A stretch of DNA of 64,000 nt from Anaerolineales bacterium (GCA_020634615.1 JACKBI010000001.1:459261-523260), one strand, 5' to 3'. Shown: positions 49,940-59,216, counted from the stretch's first letter. Notes: a model not told the origin generated them from the letters alone. Numbers and translations: made by a program.

Positions 49940-50627
49940 TTACGTGGCAGGCTGGAAGCTCGTCGCGTGGCGATTGCCGCCTGCCGCAGGAATTGCGTTG
50001 ACCACGAACTGACAACTGTTGTGGCCGTCGTGGATGCAGTTGCCCAATGTCACATCCGCTCCCAACACCTGGGAGAACGTGTCACGCTCCATCTCGCATA
50101 CGTCACGGTGCACAGAAGACAGGTCGTGATACGGGCAGTTGTACTCGTGCAGGATCATGACCCCGTTGGCATCCTCGATGTCGGCGCGGATGCCGCGGCG
50201 ATCCAGCAGGACCGAAAGTTCGGGAATCCTGTCGCCCAGAGCAACGCCCTTGATCTGACGGCTGTACTGCATCGCCAGTTTGTCGCCCACCCGGCTCAGC
50301 AGGTAGCGCAGCTTGGCCGTGCCCTCGGTCTCCAGCAGCTCGTGGATCAGGTCCAGCGCCAGCTCATCGGAATAGCAGGCAAACAGGCTCTGCGACCGTT
50401 CGGTGAGCTTGTAGACGTTGCGTGGGCGGCCAACGCCCTGTCGCTCTCTGGTCATGATAACCAGGCCTTCGGCCGACAGGCTGGCCAGTTGCTGGCACAG
50501 CGGTCGCGGTGACGCCCAACATGTCTTCCAGGTCTTTGATGCCAGCGGTTGTGTTGCGCAGGAGGTATTCGAGAATTTGCCCAGCGGGGGTTGAACTGTT
50601 TTGAATGCCCTGAGTCGCCATGGTCAC
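49940..50627 (-). pseudogene. sufR: SufR-like ArsR-family HTH regulator, frameshifted
   Basis: N-terminal HTH fragment (…AGQILEYLLRNTTAGIKDLEDMLGVTATAV…) and C-terminal fragment (IMTRERQGVGRPRNVYKLTE… with CPYHD…C…C Cys ligands) lie in different frames. Confidence 0.5.
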
Positions 50628-50667
50628 TTACTCTTTCAATAAATCGTCGTTCCGGCTAACAAGTGGA

Positions 50668-50715
50668 AGTATATGCCAGCAAAGTAATTTTGTCAAATTA
50701 ATCTGCGAAAATTAC
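50668..50715 (-). promoter_or_regulatory. near-consensus sigma70-type promoter for the sufR operon (-35 TTGACA, 17-bp spacer, -10 TATACT on the minus strand), overlapped by the inverted repeat GTAATTTT-N16-AAAATTAC
   Basis: Hexamers and spacing read from the sequence. The inverted repeat at 50684-50715 overlaps the -35. Confidence 0.45.
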
Positions 50716-51181
50716 CAATATGCCAACCACCCCAACGAAGTCCGGCTTTGCAGCAAAGCCGGACTTCTGGCTGTTACGCGTGCCGTTCATGAAAACAGAA
50801 GCTCACCTTTGCCGAAAAAGTCGAGCTTCTTATAAAACGTTGCCGGACACGTCCAACTCAAAGCGCCGAACCTGTGGGCAGATCCGGCGTTTCTTCAGTC
50901 AATCTCGTGTGACGTTAGCTGATGCGCATCCGCTTCACATCCACGAAGCCGGCCAGCACATTTCGCCCAGAGCTTTTCAAAAGTCGAGATCAAGCTCATC
51001 TCGGTCACCCGGAACGGGTCTGACGAACAACCTGCGCAGGCATTCGAGGCAGGTGAAGGGTCTCTCATGGAGTACGCGAGATGTCTCGCTGCGCAATGTG
51101 AACGTGCTTGTTGCCTTATCGAGCCGCTCAACATGACACATGCGGGACTTATGAGAAGCCCTGCATTTCGCCTTGCTGAGA

Positions 51182-51210
51182 TTGACCGCGTCTATCTCCG
51201 GTGGTATAGT
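51182..51210 (+). promoter_or_regulatory. sigma70-type promoter (TTGACC, 17-bp spacer, TATAGT) for the gene starting at 51245
   Basis: Hexamers and spacing seen directly. GGAG RBS 7 nt before the ATG. Confidence 0.45.
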
Positions 51211-51244
51211 AGTTCTTCGCACTACCATACCGTCTGGAGTCAAC

Positions 51245-52396
51245 ATGCCCGAAAACACCGCGATGGACACAATGCGTGATGAATACGAAATTGACACCTT
51301 GATCGAGCAGGCGACGCCGATATTGCGCCGCTACATCCTGACGCTGGAACAGGAAAACGCGCGCCTGCGGCAGGAACTGATGGATGCGCAAGGCACGGCG
51401 GCACGGCGGGAGCGCGCCGCGTTGGCCCGCGAAAGCCGCGAGCCGTCGGCCAACACCAGTGTGCCCACGCCGCGTTACGGCGACGATGTGATGGTGATCA
51501 CCGTCACTGCTCAGGGGCTGTGCAAGCGCACACCAGTCAACGAATACTCGGCACAGCGGCGGGGCGGCGTGGGCGTCTTCGACATCCAGACCAGCCGTGA
51601 TGACCAGGTGGCGCATGTGCTGGTCGCGCGCGAGGCCGCTGCCCTGCTGGTATTGAGCAGCCGCGGGCGCGCGTTTCGCGTCCCGGTCGAGACGTTGCCG
51701 CTGACAGAGATCCGCGGCCGTGGCGCCTCATTGCCCGAGCGTCTGATGTTCACCGGCGGTGAGACCATTGGCGCGCTGTTGGCGCTGGACGAGGAGCAGG
51801 ATGATCGCCCCAACGTACTGATCGCCACAGCCAGCGGCTTGCTGCGCTCGTTCCATCGCAACTACGTCGGTCCCCGCCTGCAACCCGGCACGTTGTTGGT
51901 TGAACCGGCCCGGGGCGGCTCACCGGCCGCGGCAACCCTGTCCCATGGCGGCGGCGACGTGCTGGTCGCGCTGCGCAGCGGCGTCGCCTACCGCTTCGCC
52001 GAGCAGCTGATTCGCCGGGAGGGGGTGCGCGGCATCCAGGTCCGCCCGGACGACGCAGTGGTCGGTCTGGCCGTCCTCGCGGCCGATGGCAGCGATGCCA
52101 TCTTCCTGGCCAGCGGCGAAGGACTGGGCACCCGCCGCGGCGATGATACTTTCTCCGCCAACAAATCGCCGGGCGGGCAAGGCAAGGTCATCATGAAGAC
52201 CGACGCACTGGCCGGACTTGCTGCCGTCACAGAGCAGAGTGAAGTGTTCTGCGTCAGCGGCCTTGGCAAGATCATCCGTTTTGCCGTGGCTGAAGTGCCG
52301 CCCAAGGCCGGCAATGTTCAAGGTGTCAACATCATGGATTGCCGCGGCGACCAACTGACCGCCATCACTGTCAGCACGCCACCTGCCCAGGATTGA
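51245..52396 (+). CDS. stand-alone DNA gyrase A C-terminal-domain (beta-pinwheel) like protein with an N-terminal coiled coil
   Basis: GyrA-box-like QRRGGVGV, then repeated blades (…GRGASLPE…, …PGGQGKVIMKT…, …GNVQGVNIM…). ~80 aa charged helical N-terminus (…LTLEQENARLRQELMDAQ…). Confidence 0.5.
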   Translation: MPENTAMDTMRDEYEIDTLIEQATPILRRYILTLEQENARLRQELMDAQGTAARRERAALARESREPSANTSVPTPRYGDDVMVITVTAQGLCKRTPVNEYSAQRRGGVGVFDIQTSRDDQVAHVLVAREAAALLVLSSRGRAFRVPVETLPLTEIRGRGASLPERLMFTGGETIGALLALDEEQDDRPNVLIATASGLLRSFHRNYVGPRLQPGTLLVEPARGGSPAAATLSHGGGDVLVALRSGVAYRFAEQLIRREGVRGIQVRPDDAVVGLAVLAADGSDAIFLASGEGLGTRRGDDTFSANKSPGGQGKVIMKTDALAGLAAVTEQSEVFCVSGLGKIIRFAVAEVPPKAGNVQGVNIMDCRGDQLTAITVSTPPAQD

Positions 52397-53196
52397 TGCC
52401 CATGTCTGCTACACCACACAGCGCGTTGGTACGTCCACCTGACCTCTCGTTTGTCGATGCGTTGGGACAGGTCGAGGGCGCACCCGCGATCGATTTCGAA
52501 TTGGCGTTGGCGCAACACCGCCTGTATGTGGCGGCGCTGGAGGCAGCGGGTCTTTCGGTTACGGTATTGCCGCCCGCAGAGGGCTTGCCCGATGCTTGCT
52601 TTGTGCAGGATGTCGCGCTGGTGCTGCCGGAACTGGTCTTGCTGGCCCGTCCGGCCATGCCGTCGCGGCAGGCGGAGATTGCCGCGATTCGAGCGTATTT
52701 GCCTCCCGACCGGCCGGTGGCAGCGGTCGAGGAGCCGGGCACGCTGGAGTGGGGCGACGTGTTGCGCATCGGCAACACGCTGTATGTTGGTCTGTCGGAG
52801 CGCACCAATGCGGCCGGTGCAGAGCAAGTGCGCGCTGCCGTGACGCCGCTGGGGATGGACGTTGAAACGGTTCCCGTGCCGGCCGGCTTGCATCTGCTCA
52901 GCGGGCTAAACTACCTGGGACGCTCGCCGCGCAACGCCGACGGCCCCGGGGTCGTTCTGGCGTGGCCGGCATACCGCGACCTGCCGATACTGGCCGGGCT
53001 GGATGTGATCGTCGTGCCGGAGAGCGAAGGCCCGGCCGCCAACGTACTGGCCCTTGGTGAAACGGTGCTCGTTCCTGCAGTGTACCCGCGCACCGCGGCC
53101 GAGCTTTGGCATCGCGGCTGGCGCGTGTTGTCGGTGCCCATCAGCGAGTTTGCCAAAGCGGATGGCGGCCTGACCTGTCTCAGCCTGCTGATGTGA
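52396..53196 (+). CDS. N(G),N(G)-dimethylarginine dimethylaminohydrolase / amidinotransferase-superfamily protein
   Basis: Start overlaps the upstream stop (TGATG). DDAH-like N-terminus …ALVRPPDLSFVDAL… and catalytic-Cys-type C-terminus …DGGLTCLSLLM. Confidence 0.6.
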   Translation: MPMSATPHSALVRPPDLSFVDALGQVEGAPAIDFELALAQHRLYVAALEAAGLSVTVLPPAEGLPDACFVQDVALVLPELVLLARPAMPSRQAEIAAIRAYLPPDRPVAAVEEPGTLEWGDVLRIGNTLYVGLSERTNAAGAEQVRAAVTPLGMDVETVPVPAGLHLLSGLNYLGRSPRNADGPGVVLAWPAYRDLPILAGLDVIVVPESEGPAANVLALGETVLVPAVYPRTAAELWHRGWRVLSVPISEFAKADGGLTCLSLLM

Positions 53197-53302
53197 AAGG
53201 CTGATTGGCCGTTTGAAGTCGGTTGTTCCTTCGCACTCGACCTGCTCTGACCAACCAGCTTTCGACACACCGACCTGAAACCTTGATACCATTGGAGGAG
53301 CT

Positions 53303-53944
53303 ATGCCGCGCGATCCATTGATCGATCGCAGCCAGGCCGCGCGTCTGGCCTTTTTTGAACAGGAACGGGATCTGTTTCACGATCTGGTGACCCACGGGCA
53401 GTCGCCAGAGGCGCTGCTGATCGCGTGCAGCGATTCGCGCATCGTCGGCGCCGGGCTGCTGGGGACACTGCCAGGTGAGGTCTTCGTGGTGCGGACGGTA
53501 GGCGCTGTTGTGCCGCCCTATGGCATCGGCCAACGATCGGTAGGCGCGGCGCTGGAGTTTGCGCTCGACAAACTGCGCGTGCGTCATGTGATCGTCTGCG
53601 GCCACACCGACTGCGGCGCGATCGAGGCGCTGGACGCGACCGTGGACATGCAGAAAACGCCGAACCTGGCACTGTGGCTGGAGAATCTGCGGCCGGCCAA
53701 GACCTCGGTCGACGCGCACCAGACATTTGCTGACCCCTATGCGCGCCAGCTTGCCATCCTCCAACAGAGCGTGCTGCTGCAGATGCGCAATCTCGAAACT
53801 TATCCGGTCGTACAATACGCCCTGAAGAATCAGACTGTCAGCCTCCACGGCTGGGTATACAGCCTGGAAAGCGGGCGCTTGAGCTACTACGATTCGGACG
53901 CAGGACGGTTCGTCGTGGAAGACGCTCAAGACAGGCAACCGTAA
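53303..53944 (+). CDS. can: beta-class carbonic anhydrase
   Basis: CSDSRIV … HTDCGAI zinc-ligand motifs. ~213 aa. Confidence 0.75.
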   Translation: MPRDPLIDRSQAARLAFFEQERDLFHDLVTHGQSPEALLIACSDSRIVGAGLLGTLPGEVFVVRTVGAVVPPYGIGQRSVGAALEFALDKLRVRHVIVCGHTDCGAIEALDATVDMQKTPNLALWLENLRPAKTSVDAHQTFADPYARQLAILQQSVLLQMRNLETYPVVQYALKNQTVSLHGWVYSLESGRLSYYDSDAGRFVVEDAQDRQP

Positions 53945-54263
53945 GCAAGCGCAAGACGCATCCGGGCGCCCTGCGCCTGCCGGACGGACGGAATGGGGTG
54001 GCGTAGCCAGCGGGCCGACTTTCCGGTAAGGGAAGCGTCGGCGCGCTGGCTTGCAGACTGGGAAAATCGTATTGAGGAAATGCGGCCTGCTCGCTGGATA
54101 CCCTGTCTGCGGGGGCTATGACAGTGTAGTGCGTACGCGCAGAAGTGCGCACCGACGCACTGGCATTTCCTCATTTGACCGTTTTTCTGACCCTCTTTTC
54201 ACCAAATTCTCCAATTTATCGCGTAGTCTTCGTGAAATTTCTATCAGGGGTACCAAAGTACTA

Positions 54264-54293
54264 TTGACCGCGCCTGTTCTTCCCCACTAAAAT
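54264..54293 (+). promoter_or_regulatory. candidate sigma70-type promoter (TTGACC, 17-18 bp spacer, TAAAAT) in the AT-rich 700-bp leader upstream of the giant-protein genes
   Basis: Hexamers seen directly. No experimental support. Confidence 0.3.
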
Positions 54294-54414
54294 AGGTTTG
54301 TTAGACCTTCGAATCGCCATCAACGCAGCCAGATTGTTTCCAATTTCAAATCGTTTTTCGTCCAGCAACCGGATCAGGTTTTCGATCAGGGGTGCAGTAA
54401 AAGGACAGGCTTTT

Positions 54415-54657
54415 ATGGATCGCTTGGGATCAGCGCACCTTTTTCCTACCACGTCCCGCCGCCAGATGGCGCAGAACGAGGTGCTGCTGGCTGCCCGGGT
54501 GACATGTTGGGCTGGCGCGCGCTGCCAGTGTCGGGGCGGCGCCATTGGCGGACGGACGTTTAGTCGCAATGCAGTCGTCTATGGGAACGGCGAGGCCAAG
54601 GCAATCAGCTCCTGGCCTCGCTTTTTCGATGCCAGGGAGCAAGAGGAGTTTTCATGA
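54415..54657 (+). CDS. small Cys-containing ORF (80 aa) translationally coupled (ATGA) to the giant gene; possible leader peptide
   Basis: High-GC coding-like codon usage. The stop overlaps the ATG at 54654. Contains CWAGARCQC. Confidence 0.25.
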   Translation: MDRLGSAHLFPTTSRRQMAQNEVLLAARVTCWAGARCQCRGGAIGGRTFSRNAVVYGNGEAKAISSWPRFFDAREQEEFS

Positions 54658-57600
54658 ACCGCGTTAAACAGGCAATCTTCAAGACATGTCCGAAATCGGG
54701 TAAGGTCGTGGGCCTGCGCCGGCCAGAAGGTTGGCGCCGGATATTCATTCCGCTGATTGGTTTTGCGGCGCTGGTGTGGTTTCTCGTGCGAGTGGTTCCC
54801 AAACCGAGCCGGGCTGCCTATCCCTGCCAGCGGGTTGCGATGCCACTGGCGTCCGGGTTCGTTCTCTGGCTTGCAGGCATGGCCGGGGCAACCGTTGCGT
54901 TTGGAAAGGCGCGCAATCGCTTCCAGCAGGCGCGGTTCGCGACCGGCGCTCTGGCAGTGGTGGTCGCTGTCGTGGGTGTTGGTTGGGGCGTATTGACGTT
55001 GCAGGCGCCGGCAGCGGCTGAAACGGTTGCGTATACGGCCCATCCGGCCAACCAACCCATCGGTGTTGCCAAGGGATTGGCGCCCGGTCGTGTGGTCTGG
55101 GTCCATGACCCTGATCTGACCGACTGGGCCGGACCGGGAACCGGCGAGCGGTGGTGGCAGCACGTCAGCCAGTCGGTTGCGAATCAGGTGATGTCGCAGG
55201 CGCTGCGCAGCTATGCCAACACTACGTCCGACGCCGCGGCCTGGGATGCAATCTTCCGCAGTTACAACGGCGGCGCTCCCTACCAATCCAACCAGAAAAT
55301 CGCCATCAAGATCAATCTGACGACTTCGAACGCTGGCTCAGGCACTGCCAACATCGACAGCAACTACAACTGGGTTCCAGGCGGCGGTCTGAACTACGAC
55401 GCGATCGGTGAGTCGCCGCAGTTGATGCACGCGCTGCTGGATCAACTCGTGAACAAGGCCGGTGTGCCACAGGCCAACATCACTATCGGTGATCCGACCG
55501 GTCTGTGGATCAACGAGTTGTACGTGCCGCTGCACAACGATTTCCCCAACGTGGTTTACCTGGACAACTATGGTCAGCAGGGGCGAACTCGGGCCTCGTT
55601 CAGCTCAGTTCCGATGTACTGGAGCACTTCTGAGGCCAACGGCAAGACGCAGGACTATGTGCCGAACTATTTTGCCCAGGCTGACTATATGATCAATCTG
55701 GCGATCCTGAAGACCCACGATCGCAACGGCATTACTCTGACCGCCAAGAATCACTTCGGCTCGATGCTGCGAACGCCGGTGGCGCAACTGCGCGGCGTGA
55801 GCGGCAACTGGCTGGAGTTGCACCACTTGCTGCCCAGCGCGCCCTCGGCCAGTGAACCCAAGGTGCCGACCATGGGCAACTACCGGCCTCTGGTGGATCT
55901 CAACGGCAACCGAAACCTGGGCGGCAAGACTCTTCTCTATATGGTAGATGGCATCTTTGGCGGCAAGAACTGGAACTCCACGCCGTACACCTGGGCGATG
56001 ACTCCGTTCAACGGCGACTGGCCGTCCAGCCTCTTCCTTTCCATGGACCAGGTGGCCATCGACTCGGTGGGTTTCGACTTCCTGAGCCAGCAATGGCCTG
56101 ATCAGGCGCTGGTCAATGAGGGTGTGCAGGACTATCTGCACGAGATGGCGCTGGCCAATAACCCACCTTCGGGCACATGTTACGATCCGGAACACGATCA
56201 GACGTGCCAGCAGAGCATGGGCGTCCACGAACACTGGAACAACCCGATTGACAAGCAGTATACCCGCAATCTCGGCACGGGCAACGGCATCGAATTGATG
56301 TACATCAATCCGTTGACACCGACGCCTACACCAACGGCAGTGCCGCCGACTGCCACCAATACACCGGTGCCACCCACGGCCACCAACACAGCAGTGCCGC
56401 CGACCAACACGCCAGTGCCACCGACGGCCACCAACACAGCCGTGCCGCCAACCAATACACCGGTGCCGCCGACGGCCACCAACACAGCGGTGCCGCCGAC
56501 CAACACGCCAGTGCCACCGACAGCTACCAACACAGCAGTGCCGCCGACCAACACGCCAGTGCCACCAACGGCTACCAACACAGCAGTGCCGCCAACCAAT
56601 ACACCGGTGCCACCGACGGCCACCAACACAGCAGTGCCGCCGACCAATACGCCGGTGCCGCCGACGAGCACACCGGTGCCACCCACCGCGACGCCGACAC
56701 AATCGGTCTGCGGCGTACAGACCGTGCTGTTCGTTGGTTCCACCAATCCGCTGCCGGCCCGCGATCAGGTCCTGGTGAATCGTCTTACCGGGCAGGGCTA
56801 CGCGGTGGTTGTGCGCAGTGAGAGCCAGGCGGTGTCGTCCGATGCCAGCGGCAAGGCGCTGGTGATCATCTCGGATTCGGTCACTTCTGGCAATGTCAAC
56901 ATCAAGTTCCGCGATGTGGCGGTGCCTGTGATGACCTGGGAACCCGCTTTGCTGGACGACATGATGATGACCGGGACAGCCTACGGAACCAACAGCGGCG
57001 ATGCATCGAACCAGACGCAACTGGTCGTTAACAGCGGCCATCCGCTGGCAGCCGGCCTCAGTGGAACGGTGACGACCAGCAACGCCGCGCAGATGTACTT
57101 CTGGGGCGTACCCTCGGCCAGCGCTGATATCATCGCGACGATCGTCGGTCAGTCGGGACATGCGGCAATCTTTGCCTACGAGCCGGGCGACGCGATGATC
57201 GGCTTGACGGCGCCGGCCCGCCGGCTTGGCTATTACAATGGCTACGGCGCCGACTTTACCGCCGCCGGCTGGGGGCTGTGGGACGCCGCGGTGACATGGA
57301 TGGTTAACTGCCAGGCGCCGACCGCTACTCCGATCCCGACTAATACACCTGTGCCGCCGACAGCGACTCCGACCTACACGCCGACGCGGACACCAACCGC
57401 CACGCCGGTGCCGCCCACTGCGACGCCGATCCCGACCAATACACCGGTGCCGCCGACAGCCACTCCGACCTACACGCCAACGCGGACACCAACCAATACG
57501 CCGGTGCCGCCCACTGCGACGCCGATCCCGACCAATACGCCAGTGCCACCGACAGCGACTCCGACCTACACGCCGACGCGGACACCAACCGCCACGCCGG

Positions 57601-59216
57601 TGCCGCCAACTGCCACGCCGCTTCCAACTAACACCCCGGTGCCGCCAACAGCGACTCCGCTTCCAACCAACACACCAGTTCCGCCAACAGCGACTCCGGT
57701 GACCGTTGATGGTGTCGTGCTGCGCACCGATCTTGCGCCGGTAATCGACGGAACAATCGACCCGGTCTGGAGCGGCGCCAACCAGTATCCCATCCAGAAC
57801 GTGATCATCGGCAGTGCTGTGCCGGCGGCTGATCTTTCAGCTTCCTACCGGGCGCTATACGACGCCACCAACCTCTACCTGCTGGTGACCGTCAGCGATG
57901 AGACACTGATCAACGACAGCGGAACTTCCTGGTATTTCGATGACGGCGTCGAGCTATTCGTGGACGGCGATCACAGCCAGGGCGCCAGCTATGATGCCAA
58001 CGACTTCCAGTTTGGTGTGCGCTGGAGCGATGGCAACACGATCATTGCCGGCGCGAACTCAGCGCCGGTGCCCACTGGCGCGGTGGCCAGCCTGGCTTCT
58101 GCGCCCGGCGGTTACCGGCTCGAGATGCGGCTGCCTCTGTCGGGGCTGTCCATCAACCCGACGGCTGGCTACCAGTTTGGACTGGAAGTGCAGGTCAACG
58201 ATGACGATGACGGTGGAGATCGGGACACCAAGATCTCCTGGCACAGCCTGGATGACAACACCTGGATGTATCCAAGCCAGTTCGGAAGCGTAGCGCTCAG
58301 CAGCAGTACGGTACCAACACCGGTGCCGCCAACTGCCACCAACACACCAGTGCCGCCGACAGCAACACCTGTGCCGCCGACAGCGACGCCAGTCCCGCCG
58401 ACAGCGACGCCAGTGCCGCCGACACCCACACCGACTACACCTCCTCCCACAACCAACATGATGTACGTCAGTTCGACCACGGCTGGCAATGTTGGCGGGG
58501 TGGCGTTCAACGACGAGGATATCCTGGCATACAACAAGACGACCGGAGCATGGAGCATGCTGTGGGACGGCTCAGACGTTGGCATCACTGCCGATGTGAT
58601 CGCTTACTCGGTGCGGACTGACAACTCCATTCTGATGAGCTTCGCCAGCGCCATCACTGTATCCGGCCTCGGTACCGTGGATGACTCCGACATCGTGCGC
58701 TTCGTGCCCACGTCGTTGGGAACAAACACGGCTGGCAGCTTTGAGTTCTACTTCGACGGTTCCGACGTTGGACTGTCCAACAGCAGTGAGGACATCGACG
58801 CCATCACCTTCACGGCTGACGGTAAGCTGGTCATCAGCACGGCCGGATCGTACAGCGTGCCGGGTGTGTCCGGCGCCGATGAGGACTTGCTGGTCTTCAC
58901 TGCTTCCCAGCTTGGCCAGACTACCAGCGGAACCTGGGCGATGTACTTCGACGGATCTGACGTTGGCCTGAGCCAGTCATCGTCTGAGGATGTCAACGGC
59001 GCCTGGTTGGACGTGACCACTGGCAAGCTCTATCTGACGACCGTCGGAGCTTTTTCGGTGACCGGCGTGAGCGGTGACGGCGCAGATATCTTCATCTGCA
59101 CGCCGACATCCCTGGGATCGAACACCGCCTGCACGTACGGCCCTGGTCTCTATTGGGACGGTTCGGCCAACGGCTTCGCCGGCGAGATAGTTGATGGGTT
59201 TACCATCGTCCCATAA
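54654..59216 (+). CDS. giant cell-surface multidomain protein (1520 aa): N-terminal 3-TM anchor, DUF362-like domain, PT-repeat linker, class-I-glutamine-amidotransferase/ThuA-like domain, PT linker, CBM9-like domain, PT linker, C-terminal YFDGSDVGL-repeat domain
   Basis: N-terminal 550 aa is ~65% identical to the product of 59301..62375. Motifs AIKINLTT, AILKTHDRNGITLTAKNHFGS. CBM9-like block (…LYLLVTVSDETL…FDDGVELFVDGDH…). 4 internal repeats of (F/Y)xDGSDVGL. Confidence 0.65.
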   Translation: MNRVKQAIFKTCPKSGKVVGLRRPEGWRRIFIPLIGFAALVWFLVRVVPKPSRAAYPCQRVAMPLASGFVLWLAGMAGATVAFGKARNRFQQARFATGALAVVVAVVGVGWGVLTLQAPAAAETVAYTAHPANQPIGVAKGLAPGRVVWVHDPDLTDWAGPGTGERWWQHVSQSVANQVMSQALRSYANTTSDAAAWDAIFRSYNGGAPYQSNQKIAIKINLTTSNAGSGTANIDSNYNWVPGGGLNYDAIGESPQLMHALLDQLVNKAGVPQANITIGDPTGLWINELYVPLHNDFPNVVYLDNYGQQGRTRASFSSVPMYWSTSEANGKTQDYVPNYFAQADYMINLAILKTHDRNGITLTAKNHFGSMLRTPVAQLRGVSGNWLELHHLLPSAPSASEPKVPTMGNYRPLVDLNGNRNLGGKTLLYMVDGIFGGKNWNSTPYTWAMTPFNGDWPSSLFLSMDQVAIDSVGFDFLSQQWPDQALVNEGVQDYLHEMALANNPPSGTCYDPEHDQTCQQSMGVHEHWNNPIDKQYTRNLGTGNGIELMYINPLTPTPTPTAVPPTATNTPVPPTATNTAVPPTNTPVPPTATNTAVPPTNTPVPPTATNTAVPPTNTPVPPTATNTAVPPTNTPVPPTATNTAVPPTNTPVPPTATNTAVPPTNTPVPPTSTPVPPTATPTQSVCGVQTVLFVGSTNPLPARDQVLVNRLTGQGYAVVVRSESQAVSSDASGKALVIISDSVTSGNVNIKFRDVAVPVMTWEPALLDDMMMTGTAYGTNSGDASNQTQLVVNSGHPLAAGLSGTVTTSNAAQMYFWGVPSASADIIATIVGQSGHAAIFAYEPGDAMIGLTAPARRLGYYNGYGADFTAAGWGLWDAAVTWMVNCQAPTATPIPTNTPVPPTATPTYTPTRTPTATPVPPTATPIPTNTPVPPTATPTYTPTRTPTNTPVPPTATPIPTNTPVPPTATPTYTPTRTPTATPVPPTATPLPTNTPVPPTATPLPTNTPVPPTATPVTVDGVVLRTDLAPVIDGTIDPVWSGANQYPIQNVIIGSAVPAADLSASYRALYDATNLYLLVTVSDETLINDSGTSWYFDDGVELFVDGDHSQGASYDANDFQFGVRWSDGNTIIAGANSAPVPTGAVASLASAPGGYRLEMRLPLSGLSINPTAGYQFGLEVQVNDDDDGGDRDTKISWHSLDDNTWMYPSQFGSVALSSSTVPTPVPPTATNTPVPPTATPVPPTATPVPPTATPVPPTPTPTTPPPTTNMMYVSSTTAGNVGGVAFNDEDILAYNKTTGAWSMLWDGSDVGITADVIAYSVRTDNSILMSFASAITVSGLGTVDDSDIVRFVPTSLGTNTAGSFEFYFDGSDVGLSNSSEDIDAITFTADGKLVISTAGSYSVPGVSGADEDLLVFTASQLGQTTSGTWAMYFDGSDVGLSQSSSEDVNGAWLDVTTGKLYLTTVGAFSVTGVSGDGADIFICTPTSLGSNTACTYGPGLYWDGSANGFAGEIVDGFTIVP
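56344..56690 (+). repeat. in-frame 48-bp tandem repeat (about 6.5 units) encoding TNTPVPPTATNTAVPP
   Basis: Near-identical DNA units seen directly inside the giant gene. Confidence 0.6.
57321..57700 (+). repeat. in-frame 96-bp tandem repeat (about 3.5 units) encoding [32 protein letters not shown]
   Basis: Seen directly. A second Pro/Thr linker of the giant gene. Confidence 0.55.

Noticed and set aside
46006-50627. Interpreting the fragmented sufRCBD genes as true pseudogenes, implying loss of the SUF pathway
   Set aside because: Every inferred indel sits at a C or G homopolymer with both +1 and -1 errors, the hallmark of sequencing error. The features are typed pseudogene only to flag the frameshifts.
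50720-51136. 138-aa ORF (and overlapping minus-strand ORFs) in the sufR / gyrA-CTD intergenic region
   Set aside because: Ser/Arg/Thr-rich composition with no hydrophobic core or motifs. The region reads better as promoter/leader DNA with hairpins.
54261-54569. 102-aa minus-strand ORF in the leader upstream of the giant gene
   Set aside because: Overlaps the AT-rich promoter-like region, has no RBS and only a short protein-like stretch. Judged spurious, at low confidence.
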